Assembly: GCA_965644295.1 (NCBI GenBank)
Contig: CBFFRP010000120.1
Span: 55,639-119,638 of the forward strand
Origin: Paraphysomonas bandaiensis
Taxonomy: Eukaryota; Protista; Chrysophyceae
Length of the DNA: 64,000 bases
Direction of reading: 5' to 3'
Under the pieces are notes generated by a model. That model ran no database searches, was not told where the DNA came from, and saw only the letters and a program-made list of their open reading frames with translations. The position numbers and the translations under genes were made by a program. How positions within the stretch are numbered: position 1 is the first letter of the stretch; every line of letters begins with the position of its first letter. This document shows positions 41,345-52,965 of this stretch, piece after piece.

Positions 41345-42145
41345 CAAACCGAAAAAGAGATAATGGACAGGCAGTGTCACAGCCCACATCTAGCGAATGC
41401 TTTCGGAAACCACATATCCACTGTATTACAGCCTCAGGAGTTCTACCTGCTTGAAAAAACCTGCTTGAAATTAATTCGCCTCATATATAGTGGAGGACTC
41501 CGCATGATCAAAGACTTACTTCCAGCACACAGATGACCGAGCAATCTACCGAACCAAGCCGCCTCGACCCGGTGCTCATGACACTCATCTCATACACTTT
41601 CCTTACTCCATGTTTCCTCAACCCCATGAACTCGTCCCAAGCAACCCCAACCACGAACTACTACCTCCCTGAAAAAAAGAATCGCCCCTACAATTCTTCC
41701 CGCATCCAACCAGCCACAGTAACTCTTTCCCCCACATACCCTCACGTCCAGCTTTACCTCACGCCTCCGCAGCGCCAATCACCACCATCCAGCAAAACAG
41801 ACGTGTTCCCAAAAGTAGGGTATAAGAAAATGATATGCAAATCAAGGTTACGTCCCCTCAACAAAGTCGGACTCGCAACTTTTCGTGGTGTTCTAGGGAA
41901 TAAAAGTACCGGAGATATTTCTCCGGAATACTAACGTGGGCCGCATATATAGCAGCAGCAGCAGATAATTTTCCGCCCACTCATGGCCAAATGCTGTTGT
42001 GGTACAAGGGAGGCGAATAAGTGTCACCTGTGTAAATTGACGAATAAACAAGCTTCTGGTAAGGGCTTCCTACTGAAGTCAAGCATCCAGGAATGAGCCC
42101 ACGTCAATGGCATCCGGGGTATTGGGCTGCCTACTGAAGTCAAGT
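41345..42145 (+). mobile_element. Decayed LINE 3' fragment (ORF2 C-terminus) joined to the subfamily B segment
   Basis: Frameshifted translation WTGSVT / HLANAFGNHISTVLQPQEFYLLEKTCLKLIRLIYSGGLRMIKD aligns with FWTGTIT..LEMVFGDHIHESLTSQGLRSIESAIIKLLLPLFAAAKLMIQD of ORF 53028-53942. 41857-42145 is the B segment. Confidence 0.65.
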
Positions 42146-42356
42146 AGCTATTCTTGAGACAGAACCGGGATAAGTGATTACTTGAAAATACTATCATTAC
42201 TGTGTTATTATGCGACATCTTTGAAATAACAAACAGTTTAGCTCGATATCACAAAAAGATAACAATTCATGGAATCTACATACATAAAATAATATGTGCA
42301 ACAATCGATATTGCACAGCTGAGAAACAAAGGAGCCTCTATGGCAAAACAGTAAAC

Positions 42357-43391
42357 TCATTTTGAAATGCAGACAATAGCTCTGGGTAATATGGGCCTAC
42401 TTAACCCATCGATCACTACTCTGCTTCCCATTGCAGAAAATGCGGTCGATGAGAAGTATTCCTTGGCGTCCACGAAATTGAGGGGTCGTACAGATACCTT
42501 ACATCGAAGAGGTAGACTATCTAGAGCGTATAGATTAATTTCCACCCCGTCCAGACTGGTCATCTCTCGTACAGCACGTTCTATCTCCTCAAGCGTTGCA
42601 GAACAAGTTGCAGGGCCGCAATGCTCTTTGAAAGACAGTCCAGCATAGTCAGCGCTACTGTTGGCGGTTGCATACAGCAGAGAGACTGCATTATCGTCAC
42701 CAAATAGAATCTTCGGGTCGTTATCCGTCTCATCCACTCCCAGGACTAGATGAACAGTGCCAGATATGTGTCGATCTGGTACGTACGAAGAGAGAGGCCT
42801 CATTGATTGATCCGCCGGAGATTCCCTTGAATCTTTAAGTCCACTACTCACATCCATATCAGACGACTCACTATCCGAGGAGCAGGTTGTACAGCAGCTT
42901 CCTATTGACGACTCAACCTGCCCTATGGGTATCCACTTTACCTTTGATTCGACCCCACGATTTTCTGTTACTCCGCTACGCTGTGCTGGAAGCTGTAGAA
43001 ATGATTGGTCCGTATGCAATCTTCTGTGCATAATAATCTTCCGTATAAAAGAATCTTTCAAAGGATACATTCCCATATAATAATTGGATGGAAGTGATTC
43101 ATATGCTTCAAATAAATCACGTTTGGAACATATATGATACAGTTTGACAACAGGGCATGTAATGTGAACATTATTTAATGCAATAGATTCATTTTTAAAG
43201 TTTTGTGATGATGTTGATATAAAGATCATTGAAAATACATGATTTTTCATTATCAATTCATCAACTGATGTATAACACATGAATGTAAGGCGTTTCTCTG
43301 TATATCTTAATAGAATGTTTTGTATATGATGAGCACATAACTTTCTTCTTGTATCTGAATCATCAATAATGCCAATTAATATATCATTCAT
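42357..43391 (-). CDS. Degenerate receiver-like domain plus C-terminal PAS/LOV-like domain
   Basis: N-terminal ILIGIIDDSDTRRKL resembles receiver strand 1; no clear phospho-Asp (MIFIS). C-terminal DPKILF..GLSFKEHCGPAT..LEEIERAVRE..INLY..CKVSVRPL resembles LOV/PAS but lacks GRNCRFLQ. Confidence 0.5.
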   Translation of the reverse strand: MNDILIGIIDDSDTRRKLCAHHIQNILLRYTEKRLTFMCYTSVDELIMKNHVFSMIFISTSSQNFKNESIALNNVHITCPVVKLYHICSKRDLFEAYESLPSNYYMGMYPLKDSFIRKIIMHRRLHTDQSFLQLPAQRSGVTENRGVESKVKWIPIGQVESSIGSCCTTCSSDSESSDMDVSSGLKDSRESPADQSMRPLSSYVPDRHISGTVHLVLGVDETDNDPKILFGDDNAVSLLYATANSSADYAGLSFKEHCGPATCSATLEEIERAVREMTSLDGVEINLYALDSLPLRCKVSVRPLNFVDAKEYFSSTAFSAMGSRVVIDGLSRPILPRAIVCISK

Positions 43392-44190
43392 ATCTTCTTT
43401 TATGATAATGAAATCCTGATCATTTATTATGATTTCATATATGTATATATGAATGACTGTCTCATCCATGTCTATATATATAGAGAGTGTGTGTCTACAT
43501 CGTATGCCATTAAACATGTATGTCCATATGTAACATCAAGACACAGGGGAAGTCCTTCTACTTCTTGAAGTATCGTCACCTAAAAATATAGTACATCAAT
43601 CACTCGTACTTAATTGGTAGGAACACGTTGATAGGAGAATCTATAGGGAATATACGTACTGTACTGGAAATGTTTTGGACAACACTGTCCAAGATAGAAT
43701 TCCCCATATTTTTGAATTCATGAAATGTGGATATCCCCAGTTTATAGATTGCAAAAGATGTTTATTATGTTTTCCGTTTTTTTGGAAATTCGGAGTTTAT
43801 GGATGTAATTTTGGACATTTTCGGTATAAAATACAACATATTAACGACTGATAACTCGATTGGGGTTAATGATTTTCATTTGAAAACTCCGAATTCTAAG
43901 CTCATATTTTGCTCTATAAAACACCTTAGATAGGAAAATATTACAGATTTTCTATAAAAAACAACAGTATTATGAAGTTTTATTTAACGTGTTTTTCAAG
44001 GGGTTTTGAAGATGTTGCTGAAGCCACAAGAAATATTTGCATCACCTCCCACACAGTCACCTCACATACATATACATCCATAGAGTTTAATAGACTCTCT
44101 CTCTCTATATATATACCTACTACATCACTCAATACAATATAAGTGATACTTATATCATATCACATTAATTAGAATATTGTATTTGACATT

Positions 44191-46769
44191 ATGACAGACG
44201 AAAGGAATCCTAATATGCATCCATGGCGTATGCCCCAGCCATTCAATAGCCCCACAGAGATCCTCGATATTATGTACCCCTTAAAGGTTCAAAACTCACT
44301 TACCAGATCGAAAACACGCTTTATTCCTAATGATCCTAATCGTGTATTATGGTATCAATGTGGTCCGACTGTATATGCAGAGTCTCATATGGGTCATGCA
44401 CGTACATATGTCCATCTTGATATTATTCGTCGTATCACTGAAGATTATTTGGGACATAATGTGGTTTTGTGTCAAAATATCACTGATATTGATGATAAGA
44501 TCATCATTCGTAGCTCAGAGAGAGGAATACCTTTTAGAGAGCTTGCAGCGACTAACGAAGCTGAGTTTTTTGAGGATATGGCTCGGCTTGGAGTAAAACT
44601 GCCCGATATGATTACACGTGTCTCTGAGTACATCCCTGAGGTATTATATGAGGGTATTATGTCTTTATGTTGCATTTAACAAGACCTAATCACAGGTAAT
44701 TGAGTTCGTGGATACTCTTGTGCAGAAAGGCTATGCTTACGCATCAAATGGGTCTGTGTACTTTAACACGCGTGCCTTTGAAGGTGCTGGCCATAAGTAC
44801 GGAAAGCTCATGCCCGAGCAAATCGGGAACTCTGATCTTCTTGCTGAGGGTGAGGGTGCGCTCACTGCTAATGATGACAAAAAGAATGCTACCGACTTTG
44901 TTTTGTGGAAGAAAACCAAGGAGCACACTGACGGAATGGTGGAACCTTCGTGGGAAAGCCCTTGGGGTCCCGGAAGGCCAGGGTGGCATATCGAATGCTC
45001 TGTTATGAGCAAATGCGCAATGGAGAAACTTGGTGCTGGAAAGATTGATGTACACGCAGGTAAGGTGTAGTAACATGTGGAATTTAAGTCCTTTAGTTTA
45101 GTATTGTCCTTGCTATGGTATGATGCCGCGTCAGTTATGTCATGCTGCTGTAATTAGGAGGAGTTGATCTTAAATTTCCTCACCACGAGAACGAAATTGC
45201 TCAAAGTGAAGGCTGCACCGAGAGCAAGCAATGGATTAACTACTGGCTTCATACTGGGCACCTTAATATCAAAGGATTTAAGATGTCTAAGTCACTCAAA
45301 AACTTCATCACCATTAGACAGGCCCTCGAAGCTCATACTGCTAGACAGATCAGGTCAGTGATTTGATGTTGCTACTCGTTTACTACTATTTTGTATATTC
45401 TGAACTCGGGAAATAATGCTATACAGTACGTGCGAGCAAATGGTCCCACCCATTTGTCGAAACGTCCATATTTTGATTGCTCTTTAATGTGAATCATACC
45501 GTAGGTTTTGCTTTTTACTTCATAAATACAATGCCCCGATGGATTACGGAGATGGTACCATGACTCAGGCAGTAAATATGGAGAAGATTTTTAGCGAATT
45601 CTTCTTGAATGTGAAGGCCGTTTTGAGGAGGTAACTCTTTGTGTTAAGTTATTTCGCTGTTCGTTGTTGAAATATTTTGTTCAATACTGTTTGCTGCCAC
45701 GGAAAATTTCCTGCATTGTTAATGCACACATGTTTGTAGACTTGGAGTTTCTGGTCCACAACATGTGGGTGAAACAGAAATTTCCATCTTCCAATTTCTA
45801 GAGAATACAAAAATAGCTGTTCGCAATGCCCTACTGGACGACTTTGACACTCCAGAGGCGATGTCTGCACTCCTTGAGTTGATACGTGAGGCCAATCGCT
45901 ACATGGAAGGCAACCAGATAAGCTCATCTATCCTGACCTCTGTTGGTCGATACGTGACCTCCATATTGCGAACGTTCGGTGTTATCCAGGACGGCACAGA
46001 GATCGGATTTCCACTTGAGTCTGGAAGTAGTGGTGAGGCGGTAGGGAACAAGGAGGCTATGTTGGCTCCCTACTTAGATGCTCTGACCTCATTTCGGGAG
46101 ACTGTTCGAGTTGCTGCGATAGGTAACTTGTTCGTTAGTGTATGCCACAGTAGATGCCTTTACTTTGAGTACCCCTCGGATCCTGTGCTGATAAATATAT
46201 AGACATGCACCGATAGTCGTATTCCTTATCATTGTACACAGGCAAAGACATGAGTGGGGTACTGAAAGCTGCTGATGCTCTCAGAGATGACGTTCTACCT
46301 GACCTTGGCGTACGTATGGAGGATAAGGGCTCGGGTGTGTACTCAATTTATCCTGTTGTAGTTGCTCTATGTGGTGCTTATTGATAGTTGCAACATGTTT
46401 CTGCTTGGTACACTGTGATTCACGTCGTTTGCAGGCGTCGACTGCGTAAGCGTGTGGAAATTGGATGACCCTGCCAAGATGCGTATGGAGAGGGAGCAGA
46501 AAGAGGCCGCTAAGCGTGCGAAGGAAGAACAGCGTCAGGAGGCTTTGCGTAAACAACGTGAGCGTGAGGAAAAGGCAAAAATTCCTCCACGGGAGATGTA
46601 TCGCGGGATGACCGATCAGTACTCTAAATTTGACGAAGCGACGGGCATGCCCACTCATGATGCAAAAGGAGAGCCACTAGGGAAGAAGCTGATTAAGAAA
46701 TTGGAAAAAGACATGGAGAAGCAAAGGGAAGCCCACAACAAGTACTTAGCCTCTAAATCTGACGCCTAA
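44191..46769 (+). CDS. CARS: Cytosolic cysteinyl-tRNA synthetase, ~7 exons
   Basis: [76 protein letters not shown], and a eukaryotic C-terminal [14 protein letters not shown]. Confidence 0.97.
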
Positions 46770-48336
46770 ACGCCAGGATATTCTATTGGGTAATAAAAGT
46801 AACCACAGTGTAGTGCAGTAGAATTTACTAGTACTTGAATGAATGCATATTCTCGTAACAAGTTATTAGCATGTGACAATCGGCTGTCTACTGTTGTCTA
46901 TTATTGTCAGACTTGATACACTTTTACTGCGATCAAACGTAGCATAACGTTTCGCCGAAAATGTCGTAGTCACAAATATGATCATAGTAGTTAATTCTCA
47001 AATAGGCAGAAAACTTATAGCATATTATCACATCGTATCGTAGATATTCAACACTAGAAAATAGATCTCTTTAAACTTAGAGTGCAAAGAACAAAGCAGG
47101 ATAAATTGAGTTAAACGACGATGAACTGGATGCTTGAACAACGAATGCATCCATTCCCGAGTGACATTATAATTTGAATTATATCACCAGTTTATAGCTC
47201 AATGTAATTGCGGTAGAAAGAATTGGGGAAATATTATTCAACATAGTTAATTTGGTTGAAAAACCTAGTCATTCCAAAATTGGAGGAATAGCTAAATGAC
47301 TCAACCTAGTCAATTTTGGTATTATACCTTATACCTAGTCGTTAATTTCTCCATTGAATACTTGATTACACACTGTGACTGTTTAAGATACCAGCTCGCA
47401 CTATACAATATTTATAGCTTACAGAGCATAAACAATATCACAATTAATTCATACATACGTATCTACTTAAAACTTAACACGGTGTATGTTTTTGCTTCTC
47501 TATATAGATTATAACTATATAGCGATGGGTCCCTTAAGAGTAATATGTGGAAGAGGGGTCAATGAAGCTTTTGTTATAACTCACTCTATGATGTGCAGGA
47601 CATCCCGAGATCTTCAAATGCTATGAGTGATGGTGCTTATCTTCCTTTACTTCTCCACTGAATGACTTCGATGACTGCATTGGCTTTTAGGAGTGCGTGC
47701 AACCACCTATCGTTGCGCATATGAACGTGATATAACCCACGGACTGGAATGGCTCCATGTTATGAGCCTCTGGTGAGGGTAACTATATTGAGCCAAGTGT
47801 CGCTTATTGCCTTCAGGTTTCCCTTTAAACAGCCCTCCAACTACTCTAATTACTATATGGGATCTAGAGGGTCATGAGTTGGGCTCACTGAAGCACATAC
47901 AGGTAACCTCCTCCTGCAATATTTATACATGTTATCTCGTATTAATGTACGCAGTATGAACTGACTGCAACTGTCCATCTATTGGTCACAGATGCATGAG
48001 AATGCACATCCTGCATACTAATGCATGCTATTAATTGAGTGGGTATGATCGTTGAGTTAACAGATAGTGTGATATGAACAAAAGAGTTCTATAGATGTAT
48101 ATATATGACTGGGAAGGTAGAGAGGAGAGTGTCCTCTATGCTCTCATAGCATCACAGTATTAACGGACTCCATGTGTGCATATACTGTAGTAAAATACCC
48201 AGATTTTTAAGCATCTCAAATTCAGGCACCCAAATAAACTGGATTCTTCCAAAGTCAAATATCCAGGTTTTTAAGCATTGCAGAGAACAGAGAGATGTCC
48301 ACAAAGAACATAGAGAGCAGAGTACATACACACACA

Positions 48337-48696
48337 GCAGTACATATATAGCAGTACATATACAGCAGTACATATATAGCAGTACATATACAGCAGTACA
48401 TATATAGCAGTACATATATAGCAGTACATATATAGCAGTACATATATAGCAGTACATATACAGCAGTACATATATAGCAGTACATATACAGCAGTACATA
48501 TATAGCAGTACATATATAGCAGTACATATACAGCAGTACATATACAGCAGTACATATACAGCAGTACATATATAGCAGTACATATATAGCAGTACATATA
48601 CAGCAGTACTTATACAGCAGTACATATATAGCAGTACATATATAGCAGTACATATACAGCAGTACATATACAGCAGTACATATACAGCAGTACATA
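48337..48696. repeat. 14-bp minisatellite GCAGTACATATA(T/C)A, ~25 copies
   Basis: Directly visible tandem array upstream of the NEDD8-like gene. Confidence 0.95.
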
Positions 48697-48933
48697 TCCC
48701 CCCTATTGTGTATATAATGTACTTGTACTCTGTATGTAGTCTGCTGTATGTACTCTACATACTCGCTCCCTCCTCATAGCCCAGCAGTGTATGCATATAT
48801 AAGCACACAGCATCTCCATATACATACATACAAGTAATTACCAAACTAATTACTACCTCCAACCACATAAACCTCCTACTCCGTGTCTTCATTCCAACTC
48901 TCTCCTACTCCCTCCCTCTCTCTACTATTACTA

Positions 48934-49468
48934 ATGCAGATTTGGGTTAAGGTATACATACATATACATACATACATATATAAGTAACGTCTAACACATA
49001 CATATATATATACAGACTCTCACAGGACGGAAGGTGTGATCACATTCATATGAATCATAACACATCTCATCATATATGTATTGTTGTAGATATCTTTTAA
49101 TTTTGAAAGCGAACAAACGGTATGTGGGTTTATATATATACTCATCTATATGTTTGAGTGTATTGACAGGTTATTGATGTCAAGCATGCTATAGAAGAGA
49201 AAGAAGGCATTCAAGTTGATCAGATCAGGTATGTTTTTATAATTATGACTACTATACTTCTAACATCTGATGTTTAGATTGATATATTGCGGACAACAAC
49301 TGTAAGTTACAAACCGACTCATGTTGTTGACTTCAATGCAATTCATGTTTTGATTGTTGAATATTCAGGAACAACGAGAAATCTTTGGCCGACTACAATG
49401 TGTCAGCAGGTGAAACCTTCAATGTAGTTTTGCAACTAAGAGGTGGACAGCTTTACAATATGTTGTAA
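48934..49468 (+). CDS. NEDD8/Rub1-like ubiquitin-like protein, 6 exons (not in the ORF track)
   Basis: Exons 48934-48951, 49016-49033, 49090-49119, 49170-49228, 49278-49301 and 49369-49468, all joined by GT-AG introns. Product: MQIWVKTLTGRKISFNFESEQTVIDVKHAIEEKEGIQVDQIRLIYCGQQLNNEKSLADYNVSAGETFNVVLQLRGGQLYNML. Confidence 0.9.
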
Positions 49469-49797
49469 TTCAAAACACAAGTAGCATACTTAGAAGTAGC
49501 AAGGCTAATAATAGTTTTCATGCCTTGTTAATGGTTTCAGTACTATTTTTTTGAATAGTGTATGACACAGTTGTCTGCGTAGTAGTCTATGGCCGACTAA
49601 TGGTTATCTCTTAGCCGCAATTGAAACTGTAGTATGTCAAGCTTAATTCTTACCTCAGAAACACTCTTACTTTTAATTAAAGTATAAAGTTCTTGCACAC
49701 TCAACTAAGGGGCTGTTGGCGGTTTTATTTCAAATATGACTTTTTTTCAAAATCAAAGCGCATGAAATTAGTATTGTACTGTAGAAGTGCATCTAAC

Positions 49798-49931
49798 CAG
49801 GGCCAGGTAAAAATATAGCGGATTGCTATTTCTCTTCTTAGTGCCCAATATATTGCAACATATTTAAGATTATTATTAGTCCTTAAAATATTATTATTTC
49901 TTTTGCAGGCAATATATTGTTATCGACCCTG
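49798..49931. mobile_element. Degenerate hAT-type MITE
   Basis: CAGGG...CCCTG ends. Right end CAATATATTGTTATCGACCCTG resembles the TIR of the 35492 element, and there is an internal CAATATATTG. No clean TSD. Confidence 0.4.
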
Positions 49932-51028
49932 GTCTGTACCATGCACTTTCTTCCCTTCATAACATACAATGGAAGCAGATAAACTATTGTAAATTGTAGT
50001 GTTTTGTTTCCTCTCCCTGCTTTATGCACTATACACTATACTATTCGATTTGGGTTAGGTATTTAAATATTAGTAAATATTTGGTGTATTTAACTTTGAA
50101 AGATAATCAGTGAGAAAATATGTATCACAATTTTAAGATAACAGCTCACATTTTATTAAGACGACGACAAAAATATAACGAATATTTTATTCTTTTCACT
50201 TTCATTCCGCTACGCTTCATAATAGCGCCCTTTGTAAACAAGACTTAAAGTTATATGTTAAATACATTAAATCAATGACGAAATTATATTACTCTTAATA
50301 ATTCTTCCTTAAAAAGTAAAATTTGAAAGAGAAGTGATACAGTAATTGAGTGAAATCAACACAGTCTTTATACCTTTCATTCTTCATTTTATTGAATAAG
50401 TATAGTTACATTTGACCATCATTTTGAAACTATTTTAACGCAGTAAGACTTCGATACTTTTATTATTACTTAGGAAATTATCCTTAATAATACTGACCAA
50501 ATATCTCAGTTTCTATATATATCACTTTTCTCTTCTTTCATTATGTAGCGTGGCGGAAAGAAAGAATACAGAATTCTTTAAATCTATTTTAGTTGTCGTC
50601 TTTTATGTGTTCACAACTTTGTTATAGCTGAGTAAGTATTATTTATAGTCTGACAAGCTTTATTTTTCTCATATAGGAGAGACCACTTCAATTTCTAATG
50701 AACTCAACTTTTGTCAAAGTCACATTACTTTGTCCGATATAGATAGTATTGTGTGGCCATGTGACACTGTAATGAAGCAGTATACATACATGTCGCCTTT
50801 TTTATAGTTAGAGGTAATGTCAGCACTAGGAGTGCTGATAAACCCAGAATTATTGCAAACAACAAATGCGTCAAAATCTACAGATCAGAGCCCTGTGAGT
50901 AGCATCCGAGAACTAGCATATTGCTACCGAATTATACTACTATAATCTCATTGTCCTGTGTAACATTGATGCTAACACAATTTATGACAATATTGTTATG
51001 ATGCCTTAACTAGTTCCATACTTTATAT

Positions 51029-51212
51029 GAAAGATGAAAGTCTTATTATTAGCAATAGGCGTCAAGAATCATCACCAGATAAGTACTAGATGAAAACTAG
51101 TTAAGCTCGATAGACTTCTACCTGCAAATAACTAGTGCAAATACTCATATATACTACTATGTGACGCTACGAAAGCTGTTTGTGCGTCGCCGCAAGCACC
51201 AAGGTGCGACTG
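51029..51212 (-). mobile_element. Tail-only LINE copy (184 bp)
   Basis: Matches the LINE 3' tail. 12-bp TSD CATACTTTATAT at 51017-51028 and 51213-51224. Confidence 0.85.
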
Positions 51213-51816
51213 CATACTTTATATTTCATGGCAAACATTTTTCACCATTTTGGCTTGGCGGAGTAATATAACTATATCTGTTTTTATCCTATGTTAGAAT
51301 TACACAGTACACTGATGTTAAACTTGCTCTACATGTGAACCGTAACCTTACTTTGTTGCACACAACGTACTTTCAAGAAAGAATTATAATTATTAATCTC
51401 AATACTCCATAACATATTATTGTAACATCTGCTTTCAAAAACATCTGTTTATCATATATGTTCACCAGTCACTCCTATATCTCTATATCTTATATAGTCA
51501 TACATCAGTAACTGAATTCATTTCTATTGTAACTATATTAACCCATTACACCTATGAGTTGATTGCACCCCATTAACTCACTTCAATTGCACGATATATA
51601 CCACAAGTCACAAGATACTGTAGAACCAACATCCTATATATTGAATGTCTTTTTATTTAGCAATAATAGGCGTTAAAAACTCGTTCCGATATAGTGGCTA
51701 GTTGAATGCTAGATCTACTAGTTAGACCTCTACCCATAACTAATCAGCCCAAATTCTATTATCCTACTATTTAACGCTACAGAAGCTGCTTGTGCGTCGC
51801 CGCAAGCACCAAGGTG

Positions 51817-52965
51817 TGTGACCACGTGGCATTTCACATGCCTCAGTCACGTGTCTATAGTAAGTGCAAAACCACTAACTACGGGATGAAGACAGAGACG
51901 ATAGAAGTATCAGAAACATATCATTATTACGCTACAGATTACTGAAGAACTAGCACTAGGACTGGAGGTACAATTTCCCATAATCTGCCAACAGCTCTTC
52001 GCCGGCCGCAACTGCCCGAGTGGTCTGCACCCAGACCACGTCCAAGCCGGACTCATCTACTACAAATTCGCAGTTGAAGCGCCAGCCAGCAGCATGGTCA
52101 GAAGGATACACCGTGTTTATATACCTACCATGATTATGAGGCACCCGGGCCAAATAAGCTTGGGACCCCAGCGGCCAAAGGTAACCTATGTCCCGAGTGT
52201 CCCACACCTCTGGTAGAAGTCCAACACGCACTGGCAGACTTCACCTCTTGCATCATACGATGACGAGTGCAAGTAAGGAACAACTTTGCACAGTTGCCTA
52301 TGTGCATCAAGTTGTCCCTCGGGGCATCGAACGGAGCGTTCCCACATACGCCTAGCAGCAGCCCTTTCACGGTAGGCATACCGATACCGATGGGACCTAC
52401 GTAATAAAGAGCCCCGTCCCCTACGATTGCGAGGTTTAGGCTTAGTGGAGACCGCTGCTGGATCTGTAGTGGCAGACATTGTTTATGCAGCAATGGATAT
52501 GATGTATGTATCTGATGTGGACATTGGTTCTTAGTCTGAGATAGTAGATGTAGGAAAAGCATCATACGGTATGCTGCACACTCACATACATGTTGGTCCA
52601 TTGTAATACAGTAGCAGTACTCTGAATACGCAGTATTCAACGGCTAATTTACAAACTGGCGAGTGTGGTGTGTGGTGTCATCGCGAGTGTGGTGTGTTGT
52701 GCTTGTTCTATGTTGCATTGCTTTACAGCTCAGTGTTTTGTTAAGTGTTGTTCTGTTTGTACACTAGTGTTCTGACTTCACTGGAGGTGGGGTTTGCGCG
52801 GTGATTCTTGGAGGGAGTCACTAGTACAAGCTTGCAACGCTTGACATACTGTTTAGAGTAATAATCATCCTGTTCTCCTGCAATCAGACGTACATATAGC
52901 TCTGGTTAACTCATTGTGTTTGTTTCTGCTGCACAGCCTTGGTTATCAAACCTGGCTGTGTCACA
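51817..52965. mobile_element. 1149-bp TG...CA element (solo LTR or Ginger-like) inserted in the LINE tail
   Basis: Ends TGTGAC...GTCACA. 4-bp TSD GGTG at 51813-51816 and 52966-52969. The empty site CACCAAGGTGCAACCACT is seen at ~27709 and is near-identical at ~1835. Confidence 0.85.
51956..52231 (-). CDS. SET-domain C-terminal half, possibly spliced to upstream ORF 52186-52479
   Basis: NHGRYINT...FNCEF...VVWVQTTRAVAAGEELLADYG matches the SET RxINH and GEELxxDYG motifs. Confidence 0.7.
   Translation of the reverse strand: MRVGLLPEVWDTRDIGYLWPLGSQAYLARVPHNHGRYINTVYPSDHAAGWRFNCEFVVDESGLDVVWVQTTRAVAAGEELLADYGKLYLQS

Noticed and set aside
48152-48695. MYCCICTAIYVLLY ORFs
   Set aside because: Translations of the 14-bp minisatellite.
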